Part shown: one piece after another, positions 24,491 to 36,968 of the stretch
Numbering within the stretch: the stretch's first letter is position 1
How the letters are laid out: each line of letters starts with the position of its first letter
Source of the DNA: Azolla caroliniana
Taxonomy: Eukaryota; Plantae; Polypodiophyta
DNA length: 45,834 nt
Direction: 5' to 3'
NCBI GenBank assembly: GCA_043228905.1
Contig: JBHGNT010000243.1
Coordinates: 1 to 45,834 of the forward strand
The notes under the pieces: model-generated
Database searches by the model: none
What the model saw: the letters and a program-made list of their open reading frames with translations, nothing else
What the model was told of the DNA's origin: nothing
Program-made: the position numbers and the translations under genes

Positions 24491-24972
24491 TCGAGCTTAT
24501 TTCGGCTCCGATTACGATCGTTTGGGAAAGGAAGTCGGTGTTGCTTCCCTAGCTAGTAAGCTTCACAAATTTGGGAATTTCGACCACTAAATTTCGGCAA
24601 TCCGAACACAATTTGGTTTGATTGTAGGTCCTGAAGCTTTTGGTAGTTGACGTGGCCTATCCACTTATGCCACAAGTCGATATCCGACTCAACTTTTTGC
24701 CCTTTCGCAAACATGGCGCTGCCTACGTCAATCGAGCTTATTTCGGCTCCGATTATGCTCGTTTGGGAAAGGAAGTCGGTGTTGCTTCCCTAGCTAGCAG
24801 GCTTCACAAATTTGGGCATTTCGACCACTGAATTTCGGCAATTCGAACACAACTTGTTTTGATTGTAGGTCTTGAAGCCTTTGGTAGTTGACGTGGCCTA
24901 TCCGCTTATGCCACAAGTCCATATCCGACTCGACTTTTTGCCCTTTCGCGAACATGGCAGTACCTACATCAT
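24491..24972. repeat. 241-bp tandem duplication of the GAG-pre-integrase (HHCC) region
   Basis: tcgagcttatttcggctccgatta... at 24491 and 24732. Confidence 0.92.
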
Positions 24973-26425
24973 TGGTGTCGAGGATGAACATCCTCCCATC
25001 TCTACGCCCTTTGCGCAATAACTTGGCCTTCTTCCTCGATGAAGCACCCGAGATGCGTGAACCGAACTTGCATCCCTTGGTCGACGTTCTGTCCGACCGA
25101 CACCAGACTCTTCGTAATTGTCAGGATGTGTAACACGTTCATTAGCTTCCCTTTTTGCCCAACGTGGCTGAGGGGAACTTCACCGACATGTACGATCGGA
25201 TGCGGCGTGTCATCTCTTGTTGCAACTACTCCCGGTTGTTCCGGTTTTTCCAGATATGAGAACCACTCTTTATGGTTCATCATATGGTTTGACGCTCCGG
25301 AATCAACGTACCACACTTCGTCCGATTTCAGGGTGGTCATCTTCATCGAGTTCGCTTCGTGTCTTGTCATGAAGGCTACCCCCTTCCGACTTTTTCGGAT
25401 CCTTCGGTGTAGTGCGTCCACTGCCAATTTCCTTGTTCGGTCCGTCTGGATCCAGGTCCGGTTTTCTCCGAATCGACGCACTTCTTCCAGCACTCGCTCT
25501 CCTTGTGGCCTTTCTTGCCACAATACCAACATTCTGCGACATGTTTCCCTTGCTGGTTCTTGTTGCCTCCTCGACTCCCCCTACTTCCAGAGGGTCCAAA
25601 ATTGTTGTCGGCATCACCACGATGCCTTCTTCCTTGCTCCCGTCGGCCGCCTCCATTGTGCGTTGACTCGTTTCATCCGCCATGACCACAGGGGCTATCT
25701 CCCTCCGTGTACAACATCTTGTTGTCAGTGTGCGTACTCGTCGACACACCCACATGATTCTCTTCTACAAGGAGCATCGACTGCAAGTCGAAAAACGACG
25801 ATGTATTCTCCCTTGTACAAACAACAGTTCGGAATGCTCCGAACTTCGACGCCAATCGTCCGAGGCAGATCTACACCATTTCGCCCTCCTCAACATTCAC
25901 ATCAACGGAGGCGAGGGAGTCGTAGATATCCTTTATCTTGGAGGTGTAGTCATCCACCATCATGTCGCGTTGACGCACATTGCTCAACTCCTGTCAGAGT
26001 TGGAGCTTCTTGGCTATGGTGCTTGCGGTGAAAATCTTTTTCAGATTTCCCCAATCATCCTTCGGCGTTCTTGCATCCCGAATGTAGCTCAAGAGTTGTT
26101 CACTCACACAGGACACGAAGCAGTAGAGAACTCTGCTCGCCGATTGTTCCCAGGCCGGGCAGTCTCTGTGTGTCAATTCGGGTGCTACATCATTCACTCC
26201 ATCGACATAGCTCTAGTATCCATGTCCGAGCAAGTACTGGTGAATCTTGTATGACCAAGATGCGTAGTTACTTCTGTTGAGCTTCTCAGTTGGATGTGAA
26301 CTAGCCATACCTCTATCCTTTTTTTTTCCTTTTTTTTCTTCATCGAGATTAGTTAGTTTTTTTTGTGTGTGTGTTTCGAGCTAAAGTCGGTTGCAAAGGT
26401 TCTCAACCCTCGCGCTCTGATACCA

Positions 26426-26805
26426 TGTAAAACGTGATGTGCGGAAGCTATATGACACACAGAATACCAACAAGAGAAAAAACAGGTTTAATGGAGAGCT
26501 TAAGACACGATGTACGCGGGAGAGACATAGAGGGAAAATAACACACAAAAGAAACTGAAAAAAATAATGTGTAAAACTCTGTACATAGGATGTGCTCAAT
26601 GAGCACTTTTATACAAGTCCATACGGACTAACAGAAGTACTGACACGTACTTCAATGCTCATAACTGAGCTCCTACACTAACTCCCAAATATATTCCCTC
26701 ACGAAATATCTATTCAACGGCCTCCCGGTTTCCGCACCGATCTGGCCTCTTGTTGCGCACCGGTTTACGCACCGGTCCGGCCAATGTTGAGCTTGTATCT
26801 CAACA
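26426..26805 (-). repeat. 5' LTR
   Basis: 380 bp; the PBS directly abuts it. Confidence 0.95.
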
Positions 26806-27149
26806 ATCCTCATAAACATAACCCCAACACCTTTTTTTGTTGGCAATAAGAGAGAAATTGGCATCACATAAGCACCATTCCCCTATGACAACAATGTAAA
26901 GGCTCTCCTTTTCACTCTTTTTATAGTGTCATTGAAATGTGTCGATCTCAAAGTTGTAATTGTAAGTTGTTATTGGGCGCATAAACATGGTCACTTATAA
27001 TCATAACCTAAATGCAACACCAAATCCACTAGTAGATATTTGAACCCATGTTACAAGGCGCAAGCGTTGTTATTATACATTTGCATATATAAACTTTCAA
27101 ATTTCACATGGGTAGTCAAGAACCACCAATCAATAATTTCTGAGGGCAT

Positions 27150-27900
27150 CCAAAGTTTCTCACATGATGAATAAAGTTATATGTCTATATATTATGTGCA
27201 ACCATACATAGTAAGGAAATGTGTCCATCCATGATCGATTCAAATAGTAGACACTATTATCGCAAAACGTTGTAACCTAGGAAACCTTGACAATTAATTC
27301 TAATGTTTTGCAATAATTTGTTAGCATGTCAAAACCATGTTCCATCTCTAATGGTCTCTTATACGTAAATGAATCTCATTCTTATTGTAATGGTATGGAT
27401 TGATTTGGCACAATATTAGTAGAAATGTTCTTCTCGTCAACATGAGAACATATCAATTTCAACAAGCGCATGCAATTTATATTCGTTGCTTTTTCATCAC
27501 CAAAAGGTATTGAACATGTCAAAGATGTGATAGTCAAATGCCAGAATGTATTGAACTGCCAAGAACATTAGATCCCAAATGCATCAAACAAATGTGTGAT
27601 GCATATTTTTCCCCTACTTTTTCATCTCTTTTATGTCATTCTTTCCCATGGATTATTGCACTCCCCATCACTCTTTATTTCCATAGACATAGATTTTTGC
27701 TTCATAAGAGCATTTGTTAGTTGTTTTTGTCCATATGTGGCCTTGATGTTTATTTATCAGTTAATCTTCACCCTTTTTATTAAAAATATGCATTGGTTTT
27801 TAACGCACACGTCCAATAAGTTTTATAGTGCCACATGGAAAATTTTCAGCTCACATAATGTGCATTGCTATCACAGTTGCAACATTGGCAACATGGAAGC
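27150..27900 (-). mobile_element. Possible decayed hAT transposase remnant
   Basis: Only a faint 'ELI...P.VTRFA'-like echo near 27260-27305; no ORF. Confidence 0.2.
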
Positions 27901-30527
27901 GATAATATTTGCATATAAAATCCTCTAAGCATATCCATGAGGCCGTTATTGTCATCAAATTTATGCACTTGAATCCCATGCCATAGGTGAGCATGTCACA
28001 TGATATAAATTAACATTTTGCACTTTTGTCTCACATTTTTGGTAGTTCGATAAATGTTTTGATTTTGTTTTCTTTCTCATGGGCCATCCTCACATCTAAT
28101 ACAAGACCCATGTATATGTTTGGTTGATTTTTTTGGGTTGAAGTCAACATCACCATGAAACCCATTCCAAATCTTAATATATGGTTTGCCAAATTTACAT
28201 GAAATAATGATTCAATGCTATGACATGTTACTTTTGGGAGCAATGGTATCATAGATCATTGTCAACTAAAATTGTGAAAAAAAATCCCTAGAGAACTTAA
28301 GTGAGAATTTGTGTTGATTATTTGATGGTTGTCAAATTTCTTTTGCTTACCATATGAAAATATATGTGATGCTTTGATAGGATGAGTTTCTTGTGGCAAT
28401 ACAACGCATTGTCACAAGAAGCTATTGTGTTTGGAATCCCAATTTTATCATTCTTGGCAACAAAATATGCTCATTATTCTTTATAGTGTAAATACACATC
28501 AAAATTGCTCACCACTTGGCAAGTGCCCCAAAGTGACTTCATTGGACATTCTTTAAATTGTCTAGGTTACAACCATAGTATGAACCATACATGCATTCAC
28601 ATTCGAGAATGTTTCAATCATGTGAGTATGGTAAACACCCTTGCAGTATAGTAAATACCATACTTTTGTATTAATTATTTATTATAAGGTAATTTTTTTA
28701 AGGTAAAAAGTGTAAAAAAAAACATAAGAATGTTTTGATAACATGCACATTTGTTTGCATTTGCATGAAAAAGAACGTTTGCCAATGCATTCGAGTATAT
28801 TGCGTACTATGGTTACAACCTTAATTTAAGGGTTCTACCCTTGCAAATGTTTTTTTATGATTATCCTCGTTGCACAAGTATCCATCCTATATCCCATCAC
28901 CCGAGCTTACTGTGGATGGAAAAAGGGCATTGCTCGCATAGAACAATGGATAAAACACTAGTTCAAACATGTAGATGTAGCCAACTTACTATAAATACCA
29001 CCATCACATTATAATTTTCACAAACAACTATTGCAACGAATGGAATGATTTTAAGGGCGTTTTGAATTTATGATTCTCCACGAAATGAGCATCATGACAT
29101 AGCCACATGAGTGTATTGACAAACCTTGCCAATATGTATCTTCACAATTGGTATGTGTAAATTATGCGCCCATTAGATGTCTATCCCACCAATTTGACCA
29201 TCATGTAATCAACCAATCCATCAACATTGAAAACCATCTTGAATTTGCAATATATATGTATGAACGAGCTCAATACAAATGATAGAGATGTTGACAATGA
29301 AATAGAACTCATTTGAAAAAAAAGTATTCAATGGTTACAAAATTCATCAAGATAGACCATATTATATAGCATCATTATCACATCCTACAAAATAGTAAAA
29401 AAAAACTAAAATCTATTATTTCAATCATTTACATTGATGGGACAATTGTCTCACACAAGAAACAAACTTTCATACCACATGCATTACTCATCAAGCAACC
29501 AAAAGAAAATGATATGATTATAAATCTAACCTAGATTCCATTTAAATCAAGATTGAGATTTACTTGCAATGATTAAATATTACCATTTAACATAAAAAAA
29601 CTATGAAAATAACATATGAAATTTGAATCGTCACCTTAACCTTTTTTACATCATGATTAAAAAGTACATAGGCTGACATAAAATATATTCTTAATTTGAC
29701 AATATCTTAATGGTATGGCTAATTATAGTGACTAATTATACAATTGATTATAGATTAGAGAGGTGAAGAGATGATATTGATTGTTGGCTGCATCTTAAAA
29801 CATGTAAATAACTTCTAAATGAGGTTATGTTGATTTTATAGCTTTTCAAATATGGGAATTCCACTTAATAAATATTTTCCAACTAATTATTTGAAAGGTT
29901 TCATGCTAAACAATAGATTTTTTGTATGGCATAGTAAGCTTCCCCAAGTTTTTTTTTCCGTGAAAAGAAATCAACCCCATTTACAAACAAAGTAGGAAAG
30001 ATGTGCTACTTACCATTGGCTTCGTGATGGTGGGTTGTAAAGCCATGTCTTTTTAAACACTACTGATAAATAAAAAAAGCTATTTGTCAGCGAAAATGAT
30101 CTCAAAATATTGCAACACATAAGCGTCATCATTACACCATTGCATTTCTATGTTTAATTTTAAGATATTTAATGACGTGACCTTGTGAAGTATGAACAAT
30201 CATTTGTTAGTTGGTCAGAAGCATTTCAAGCATTATATATGACATACAAGTTCGAATGACAATGCATTTATGTTCAAATATCAGCCGATGATGTCTTCCT
30301 TCATTATAAATGGACCATCCATGGCCATTTTCTTCAATTTCATTTGTACTATCTTTGGGTACATACTCGAATAATATCAAGAGAGAAATTGAAAAATACC
30401 TTTTTTGCATTGTATTTTTTCTTTGATTCTTAGAATTAGAATTAGTAGTTTTTTTTTCGTCCATAAAGAGGCCAATTTTGACCTATGGAACCTGAGTATA
30501 CATGTGTTCTTGATATGTGTCTCCTTC

Positions 30528-31000
30528 CTAAGAAGGGGTGTTCATACATTGAAGCACAAAATCTCCATGCGTGAATAAAGCACACACATATGAGCTCAAC
30601 CTTCTAGGTGGTGTCTTAAGTATGGCACTTAAGTTATCACTCCCTCTAAGTATGTCAACATACCTTGAACAAATTGCACTATATGATGAGCATGTGAAGA
30701 GCAAGTGACATCCATCCTCTACTATGCCTCCATTGCATACTTTACATGTCTTCAAACTTGTTACATTTTGATACCATGATGCAACTTCAATACCTAACTC
30801 ATGAGATCGAGTGCGAAGTAGTGTAAGGGCTCTACGAGCATTACTGCTCATATTGGTAATGAGTAGTAATGCGCCTGTGCCAAAGAGTAATCACAATGCC
30901 TTTGAATGATGGGGCGCCACAAGTGTTCGAGCAAAAGGTTACGTGGTCAGAGACTCGTGTTCTCCTCCTTTCAAATTGTTAGTTAGAGCTATGGTGCTTG
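30528..31000 (-). mobile_element. Non-LTR retrotransposon (RTE-X/L2-like) ORF2 C-terminal fragment
   Basis: 'LRTRSHELGIEVASW...CKVC...VEDGCHLLFTCSSY..I.SRY' matches the 'R..SH.L.IE.GR...R.C..C...EDE.H.L..C..Y' LINE tail motif. Confidence 0.8.
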
Positions 31001-31005
31001 TGAAA

Positions 31006-31267
31006 AGGAATCGGCAACGGCTCAGCTCAAACCTAAACTGAACCACCCAAACCGTGTAAAAACGGTTTGGCAGTTTTGGCTTGAGCTTTGTTAACTGGTT
31101 TGAGCTTGGTATAGGGTTGCTCAAACTGGTTAAGCATAAACCGATTACCACGCCGTTTAAGGCTTAATCGGCTTTATTAAACCGATTCAATTTAGGATTG
31201 GAAACCCCCAAACCGGTTTAGGCTTAATTGGTTTGGTTTGGACGGGGCCAAACCGTTGTCGGTTCCT
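31006..31267. mobile_element. About 260-bp MITE (hAT-like non-autonomous element)
   Basis: Imperfect TIRs aggaatcggcaacgg / ccgttgtcggttcct (13 of 15 match); many internal AAACCG/CGGTTT motifs; no TSD found. Confidence 0.7.
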
Positions 31268-31281
31268 AGTAATAATAATGA

Positions 31282-32326
31282 GGGAAAAGTACCATGATAC
31301 CCCTGGAAGTTCATCTATTTACCCAAATGCCCCTGGAAGTTCCAAATTTACCAAATTACCCCTATGTCCAAAAAAATACACTTTATAAAGTAATTATACA
31401 CTCAAATCTACAAGCCTTATTTACCAGAGTACCCTTAAACCTAAACTTATTTACCATAATGTCACTATATACCTATTCTGACCAATTTATACCACTTTTA
31501 TTTTTCAAAATATATTATAAATCAAACTAAATTATCAAAATTATATTATATATCAAAAATTTCAATTGAAAGGTCACCTTAAAATCCATTTCTACGAATT
31601 TACACCGAGTTATACTAGCTTAATCCCATAAAACCAAAATTTGTGATTGAAGTGACCAAAACTTAATCTTAAAACCAAAACACTTGATCGCACACCAAAA
31701 TTTACCATTGGGACGCCATTTTGAAGCCAAAATCCATGAATTTGCGGATTCACAAACAAATTGCGGCCAAAATGTCATTTTAAACGAAATGTCACATAGC
31801 ACTTTGCTATTAAAATGCCATCTTAAACCAAATTTCATGATTTTACATTAAAATTTGTTAACAAAATGCAATCACAACTAAATATCCTCAATCTCATCAA
31901 TTTCAAAAAATACTTGCAAACCAAATTTAATTGTCGAAATGTAATAATTACATGTTAATTTTGATCCGTCTACAAAAAGTATAATTCCAAAAATATTCGC
32001 AAAATCAAATATATCTATCAACTCTACAAAATATCTAATAATGCATAAGGTAACCCCATATCCTAATGATGAAGACGATTGATCAACCCAATGAACAAGA
32101 AAGAAAAGAAAAACTACACTGTTAAGTACAAAGGACCCAAAGAATCGCTTAAGTAAAGAAATTTGTGTTTGAAGGGTATTCTGGTAAATAGGGCTTGTAG
32201 ATTTGAGAGTATAATTACTTTATAAAGCGTATTTTTTTGGACATAGGGGTAGTTTGGTAAATTTGGAACTTCCAGGGGCATTCTGGTAAATAGACGAACT
32301 TCCAGGGGTATCCTGGTACTTTTCCC
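31282..32326. mobile_element. Non-autonomous Mutator-like element (MULE)
   Basis: TIRs of about 160 bp (31282-31440 and about 32167-32326) beginning GGGAAAAGTACC; perfect 9-bp TSD TAATAATGA at 31273-31281 and 32327-32335. Confidence 0.93.
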
Positions 32327-32549
32327 TAATAATGATTAGTTGCGAGTGCAATATGCATTATCATTCATTTAGGAGGTGAGTGGGAGGCGAGGGGTATCCG
32401 TGCAATTTCCATAAATTAAACGCGGCTATTGAGAAGATAAAACGAAAGCTTTTAGGGGCAGTGTCTTGGAAATAAAGAGAAACTCAGGAACTTCTTCTTC
32501 TCTTTCTAACTTCACCGCAGAGAGAATCACAGGGGAACCAAGAGAAGCG

Positions 32550-32580
<31 letters not shown>

Positions 32581-32753
32581 CCCTTCCTTTTCGGAATAGT
32601 CAAATCTGCAGAAACAGCGAGATCCCTCATCAGCAATCAGCATCATCTATATAAATCTATCGTCTATCATCGATCATCACCGTCTTCAACATTGTCACTA
32701 TCATCAACCATCGACTATCGATCATCATCATAAGTTGTGATCCTGTAATTGCA

Positions 32754-35700
32754 ATGGATAGCTTACTCTCGAAGGCAGGAAACTTCCTCTTCGCAAAACG
32801 AGCAGAGCAAGAGTTGTCCTCGCTGGGTGATGATGTCAACGTATGTATACAAAACCCTCTCTTAATGAAGTCTATGTGAAAATCTGTTGATTTTTCAAAC
32901 GAATAACGAAAAACAAAGAAAGATCTAGGCTGTGTATTAATGGATCCAACATGGTTATAAAAGGAAAGTCATGGAAAAGATTAATTTCGATCAATTAGAT
33001 TATAATTTTGCAAACACATTTAGTAAAGTGAATTTAGTATGTAAATGAGTTATGTTCTCTCTCTCGCAATGAATTCCATGTGCAATTTCAAATTTTTTTA
33101 CATGACAAAAGAAATACATGTGCATATGATCCCAAACATATTTATTCTTTGTTCTACGTTGTTGTCAGTAATCATGCCTACAACATAAATGTATGTTTCC
33201 ATGCATTGACATATTCACACAATTTTGAGGGAGTGTTTTCTAGCTATACATCACATCATCTCCTTCCCACCTCCCCGCTGTGGCTGTTGGCTTGGTGGTT
33301 TAGACAGTCATACACTTTTGAACCTCGCTATGTGCTCAGTCCTGTCTCATAGATCACTATCAATCTCATGTAGATGTTAAAAATATATCTATTGCTCTCT
33401 CTCTCTCAATGAATTCCATGTGAAATTTGACCGTTTTTGTTTTTGTTGGAACTTATGATCTCTCAACATGATGATTCATGAAAGCATTTTTGGAGGAAGT
33501 TGTTTTGTTTAATATAGAGAGAATGTGAAATGAGCAACACTCGCTCAAATCATGTAATATATACCAACAGTGTCAATATATTTGATGTCTTTTGATGTTT
33601 TCTTGCTATTTGGAACGAAGAAAGGTATATGTGTTTAAGTGCATTAAACATCATTGAAAGGAAAGATCTCAATTAGTTCTATGGAATGAACAACATTTTC
33701 TATAGAATGACACAGAATGAATTAAGATAGATAGATACACAACATGCTTGCCTTACGGTTGTTTTGCTATGGTGATCAATCAACATTGTGCATTCCTCGT
33801 GCAAATAATTGATCCATTCAAAGGTTGATATTGTATGAACTTTCTACCCTTTGATCACTTTTTTGTCGAATATCATGCATCTATCTCCAACCTGATCTGT
33901 GTATATATATGTGAGGGAGAGGGATTTTCTTTCACTGATTGATCAATGATGTATAAAGATTTGTACTTCCAGTCACTTCAAACCAGCGTCGAAGAAGGAG
34001 CAAAACGCATATTTAACAGGATAAGAGGTACTCAGTATGAATCATTTTTAGTTGCTTATTTATTCCAAATTCAAAGGAGTCTCTGCTAATATGGACATTG
34101 GTATTTGAACTAAATCATCCTATTTACATTTATGTTGTAGGAATTTAAGAAAAATGTCACATTTCCATAGTTTCTCGCTTTTTCTTTTCTAATATTATGA
34201 AGAGATTTGGAGGTATCACTGAAACTTCACATCCCTTAATAGTCTTGCATCTATTGTTCAGCTTCTTCTTCTAATCTGCTTGGTTAGGTTCCTAAAAAAC
34301 ATTCACTCGTTACGGGATTCTGGGCATCAAGGTGTGGAAATCACTTCATTAAAAGGAAACCGATTATTTGTAGAATGTATGTGAATGAGAGGTAGGGACA
34401 TTCTAAATCTCTGTGAGATAGGCACTGAAATTTATGCTGAAATTTCACGTGATATGTATGCTCTAAAATATATTGGATTTCTATTTTGAGCAATGGTACT
34501 CTATCATAGATATCTTCTATTTTTTTATTTTTAGTTGAGATCTATTCACTGTCTTTACCCAATCATCAATCTTTGCTACAGTTACTTTGCAGTTTGGTCA
34601 AAATATCCTTGCTTTAGGTTTTCAGCATATAGTGTTTTCTATCAATAGATTACATTCTTTTGTTCACTAAGTGGGAGTGCCCCCTAACTAACTCAGCATG
34701 GGCTATCTTGTGAGGCATTGAAGTTTTACTCTTGATTCATCTGGAAGACATGAAGGCCAATGGTGCTCTCTAAATCTGTCCACTAGTTTGTTTCATGGAT
34801 ATTGAGTCCCCATGTTTCCACCTCATAGAGAATAGTTGATGGTGTGACAAGTGTGCCAAATTATCACAGTGTGACCCTTGTTCACGAAATTGCACCGACA
34901 ACTTGTCTCTCGTAGAGAGAATCCTGATCCTGTAAGTGTTCCATCTAGGTAGACAAATTACCGTTCCACTCGTTTCTCTGTGTAGAAACTGTTCTAATTA
35001 TCTGTACTTCAGTGATATCGAATTCAATGATCTCTAGATATCTCTGCAGTCCCATTTGGAGAGTTGGAAATTAAATGATATCATCCACATATTAGGAAGA
35101 TCAGTATAAGCAACCAATGGAGGCTTGTGCCTGATTTAGGCATATATCTATTAAATACAACATTTGATAGCCCATTGAGACCCAAGTTATACAATGCATA
35201 AATCCCCCGTTGCACTTTTTGAGGAACCCTGAGTCAAAGGCTGTGTGGAAATCCTCGTCTATGTACTGTACCTTCACTGATAAGAAAACCCTAGGGTTGG
35301 TATTTGGTCAAGTGTGGTGAAGTAGGTCAACTGTTCAAGCAGGTTGTGTAGGGATTTTACATAGCCATATAAAACACAGGAATGGATGTACTTGGTGAGT
35401 TTTATCAAATATCCTGTATGCCCTGTTACAGTCTTCAATCGCGAGGAATTTGTATCTCTCTTCTTCATGTTTGGATGAGTACGATGCCATTTTTCTCCAA
35501 TGAATCAATGCAATGGGTATTGGTCTAATAGAGGTTGCAAATTTCTTAGTTCAGCTAGTAAGGATCTAAAATCCATCAAGTAAATCAGCATTACTTGCAC
35601 CACAATTGTGATTTCAGCATGTAAAAAGAGCATCTCATACTAGCTATTTTGGTAACTCATTGTATGAAAGGAATCCATAATAAATGCCAAGAAATGTTTG

Positions 35701-36968
35701 TGGTAATCTTCATGATGCCACTGTCTACAATTTCTCCATGTATAGTGTCGTTCGAGTCAAATGTTCTCAGTCTCACTAATTTGAAAACCTCTCCCAAACT
35801 TCTCTTTAATAGCCCAAAATGGCAGATGAGAAAATTGATACCATTAAATCTGAGAAATTCCTATCTCATCTTGGATAACAACAAACCAAAGTAAATATAA
35901 ATGTAATAAATTAGGAAAACTTTTCTTAAAGTAGCCTGGCTATCCCTTGCACAACAGACATTCCTGGAAAAAATGTAGATTTTTAGACGAGAAAAATGTA
36001 GATATCCCCATTACCGAAACATGCAATCTCACCAAGAGCAAGACTAATTTACACGAAGGCAAGATTACTGCTTGAATCAAAGTTTTTGCTATTATATATG
36101 TCCAACCTCTACATTATGCATGATCTAGTAAATCAGTGTTGCTTGATCTCAAATGCATGGAACAGATTACTGAAAGTTACGTTTCAATTGATGTTTTGCT
36201 CAGCACGACCAATAAATTACATCAATGCTTGAAGTTGCATCAAGACTGTCAATGAAATGGATTTGGTTGTCAATAGATGTTGATCTGAGTTGATATTATT
36301 TTTCTTAAATCACCTAGTTTACAGTTGTGCTGAGATTTCTCAACCAAATGGTTGTGTTCCGTACTTTTGATGTAAAGAGAAGTAAACTTTAAGCATATGA
36401 AGTATGTGAATGATATAATTCAAACAAAGAATAAAATTTCAACTTACCACTAGATATAGCGTAGAAACATGATAAAATGAAGTGAAATGTACAGAGAGAG
36501 ATTAAGTCTTACAAAGGTACCCACTTTCATGTAAGCTGTTAATATTGTTACTTGTGGTCTCACAGTAGTGCCTTTATGGAATTTTCAGGGAAGATGCAAA
36601 TGTCATTACCAGAACTGCTACAAGCAAATGGGTTGCCAAAGGGAATTTTTCCAAAATCTGTCACTCATTATGAACTGGCTGAAGCTAGAGGCAAGCTAAC
36701 TATCTTCCTTCCTTCAATATGTGAAGTGAGATTCAGAGATTCCTCAATTGTAAGATATGCAACCCAAATCACAGCATTAATTTCGCAAGGCCGCCTCACA
36801 AACATTGAAGGGATGAAAACGAAAATTCTTGTTTGGGTGAATGTGACATCTATAACTGTAGATGAACCAAAATCTGAGAACGTGTATTTTGGTGTGGGCT
36901 TCAAAAAATCTAGACCATTCGAAGCTTACAATGTTCTTAGAGATGGTGTTGAAGTAGATGATTTCTAG
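32754..36968 (+). CDS. DUF538 family protein (At5g01610-like), 3 exons, 173 aa
   Basis: Exons 32754-32840, 33973-34027 and 36589-36968, GT-AG, in phase: MDSLLSKAGNFLFAKRAEQELSSLGDDVN|SLQTSVEEGAKRIFNRIRG|KMQMSLPELLQANGLPKGIFP...IEGMKTKILVWV...DGVEVDDF. Confidence 0.93.

Larger units (their letters stand above)
20900..26308 (-). pseudogene. Copia gag-pol polyprotein, disrupted
   Basis: Order gag - zinc knuckle - PR - IN - RT - RNase H, with many stops and frameshifts and an insertion at 22598-23408. Confidence 0.9.
20005..26805 (-). mobile_element. Full-length decayed Ty1/Copia LTR retrotransposon
   Basis: LTRs 20005-20383 and 26426-26805 (TG...CA, about 92% identical by hand count); TSD ATCCT at 20000-20004 and 26806-26810. 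PBS tggtatcagagc at 26414-26425; PPT from 20384; gag ATG at 26308. Motifs [60 protein letters not shown]. Confidence 0.97.

Noticed and set aside
25039-26254. 330-aa and 190-aa plus-strand ORFs
   Set aside because: Antisense to GC-rich Copia gag; no independent coding signal.
27030-27085. Third tRNA/SINE-like B box (tttgaaccc)
   Set aside because: No matching A box, tail or TSD.
28000-30500. Decayed transposase or gene in an AT-rich stretch
   Set aside because: Only short ORFs without assignable motifs; would need a translated HMM search.
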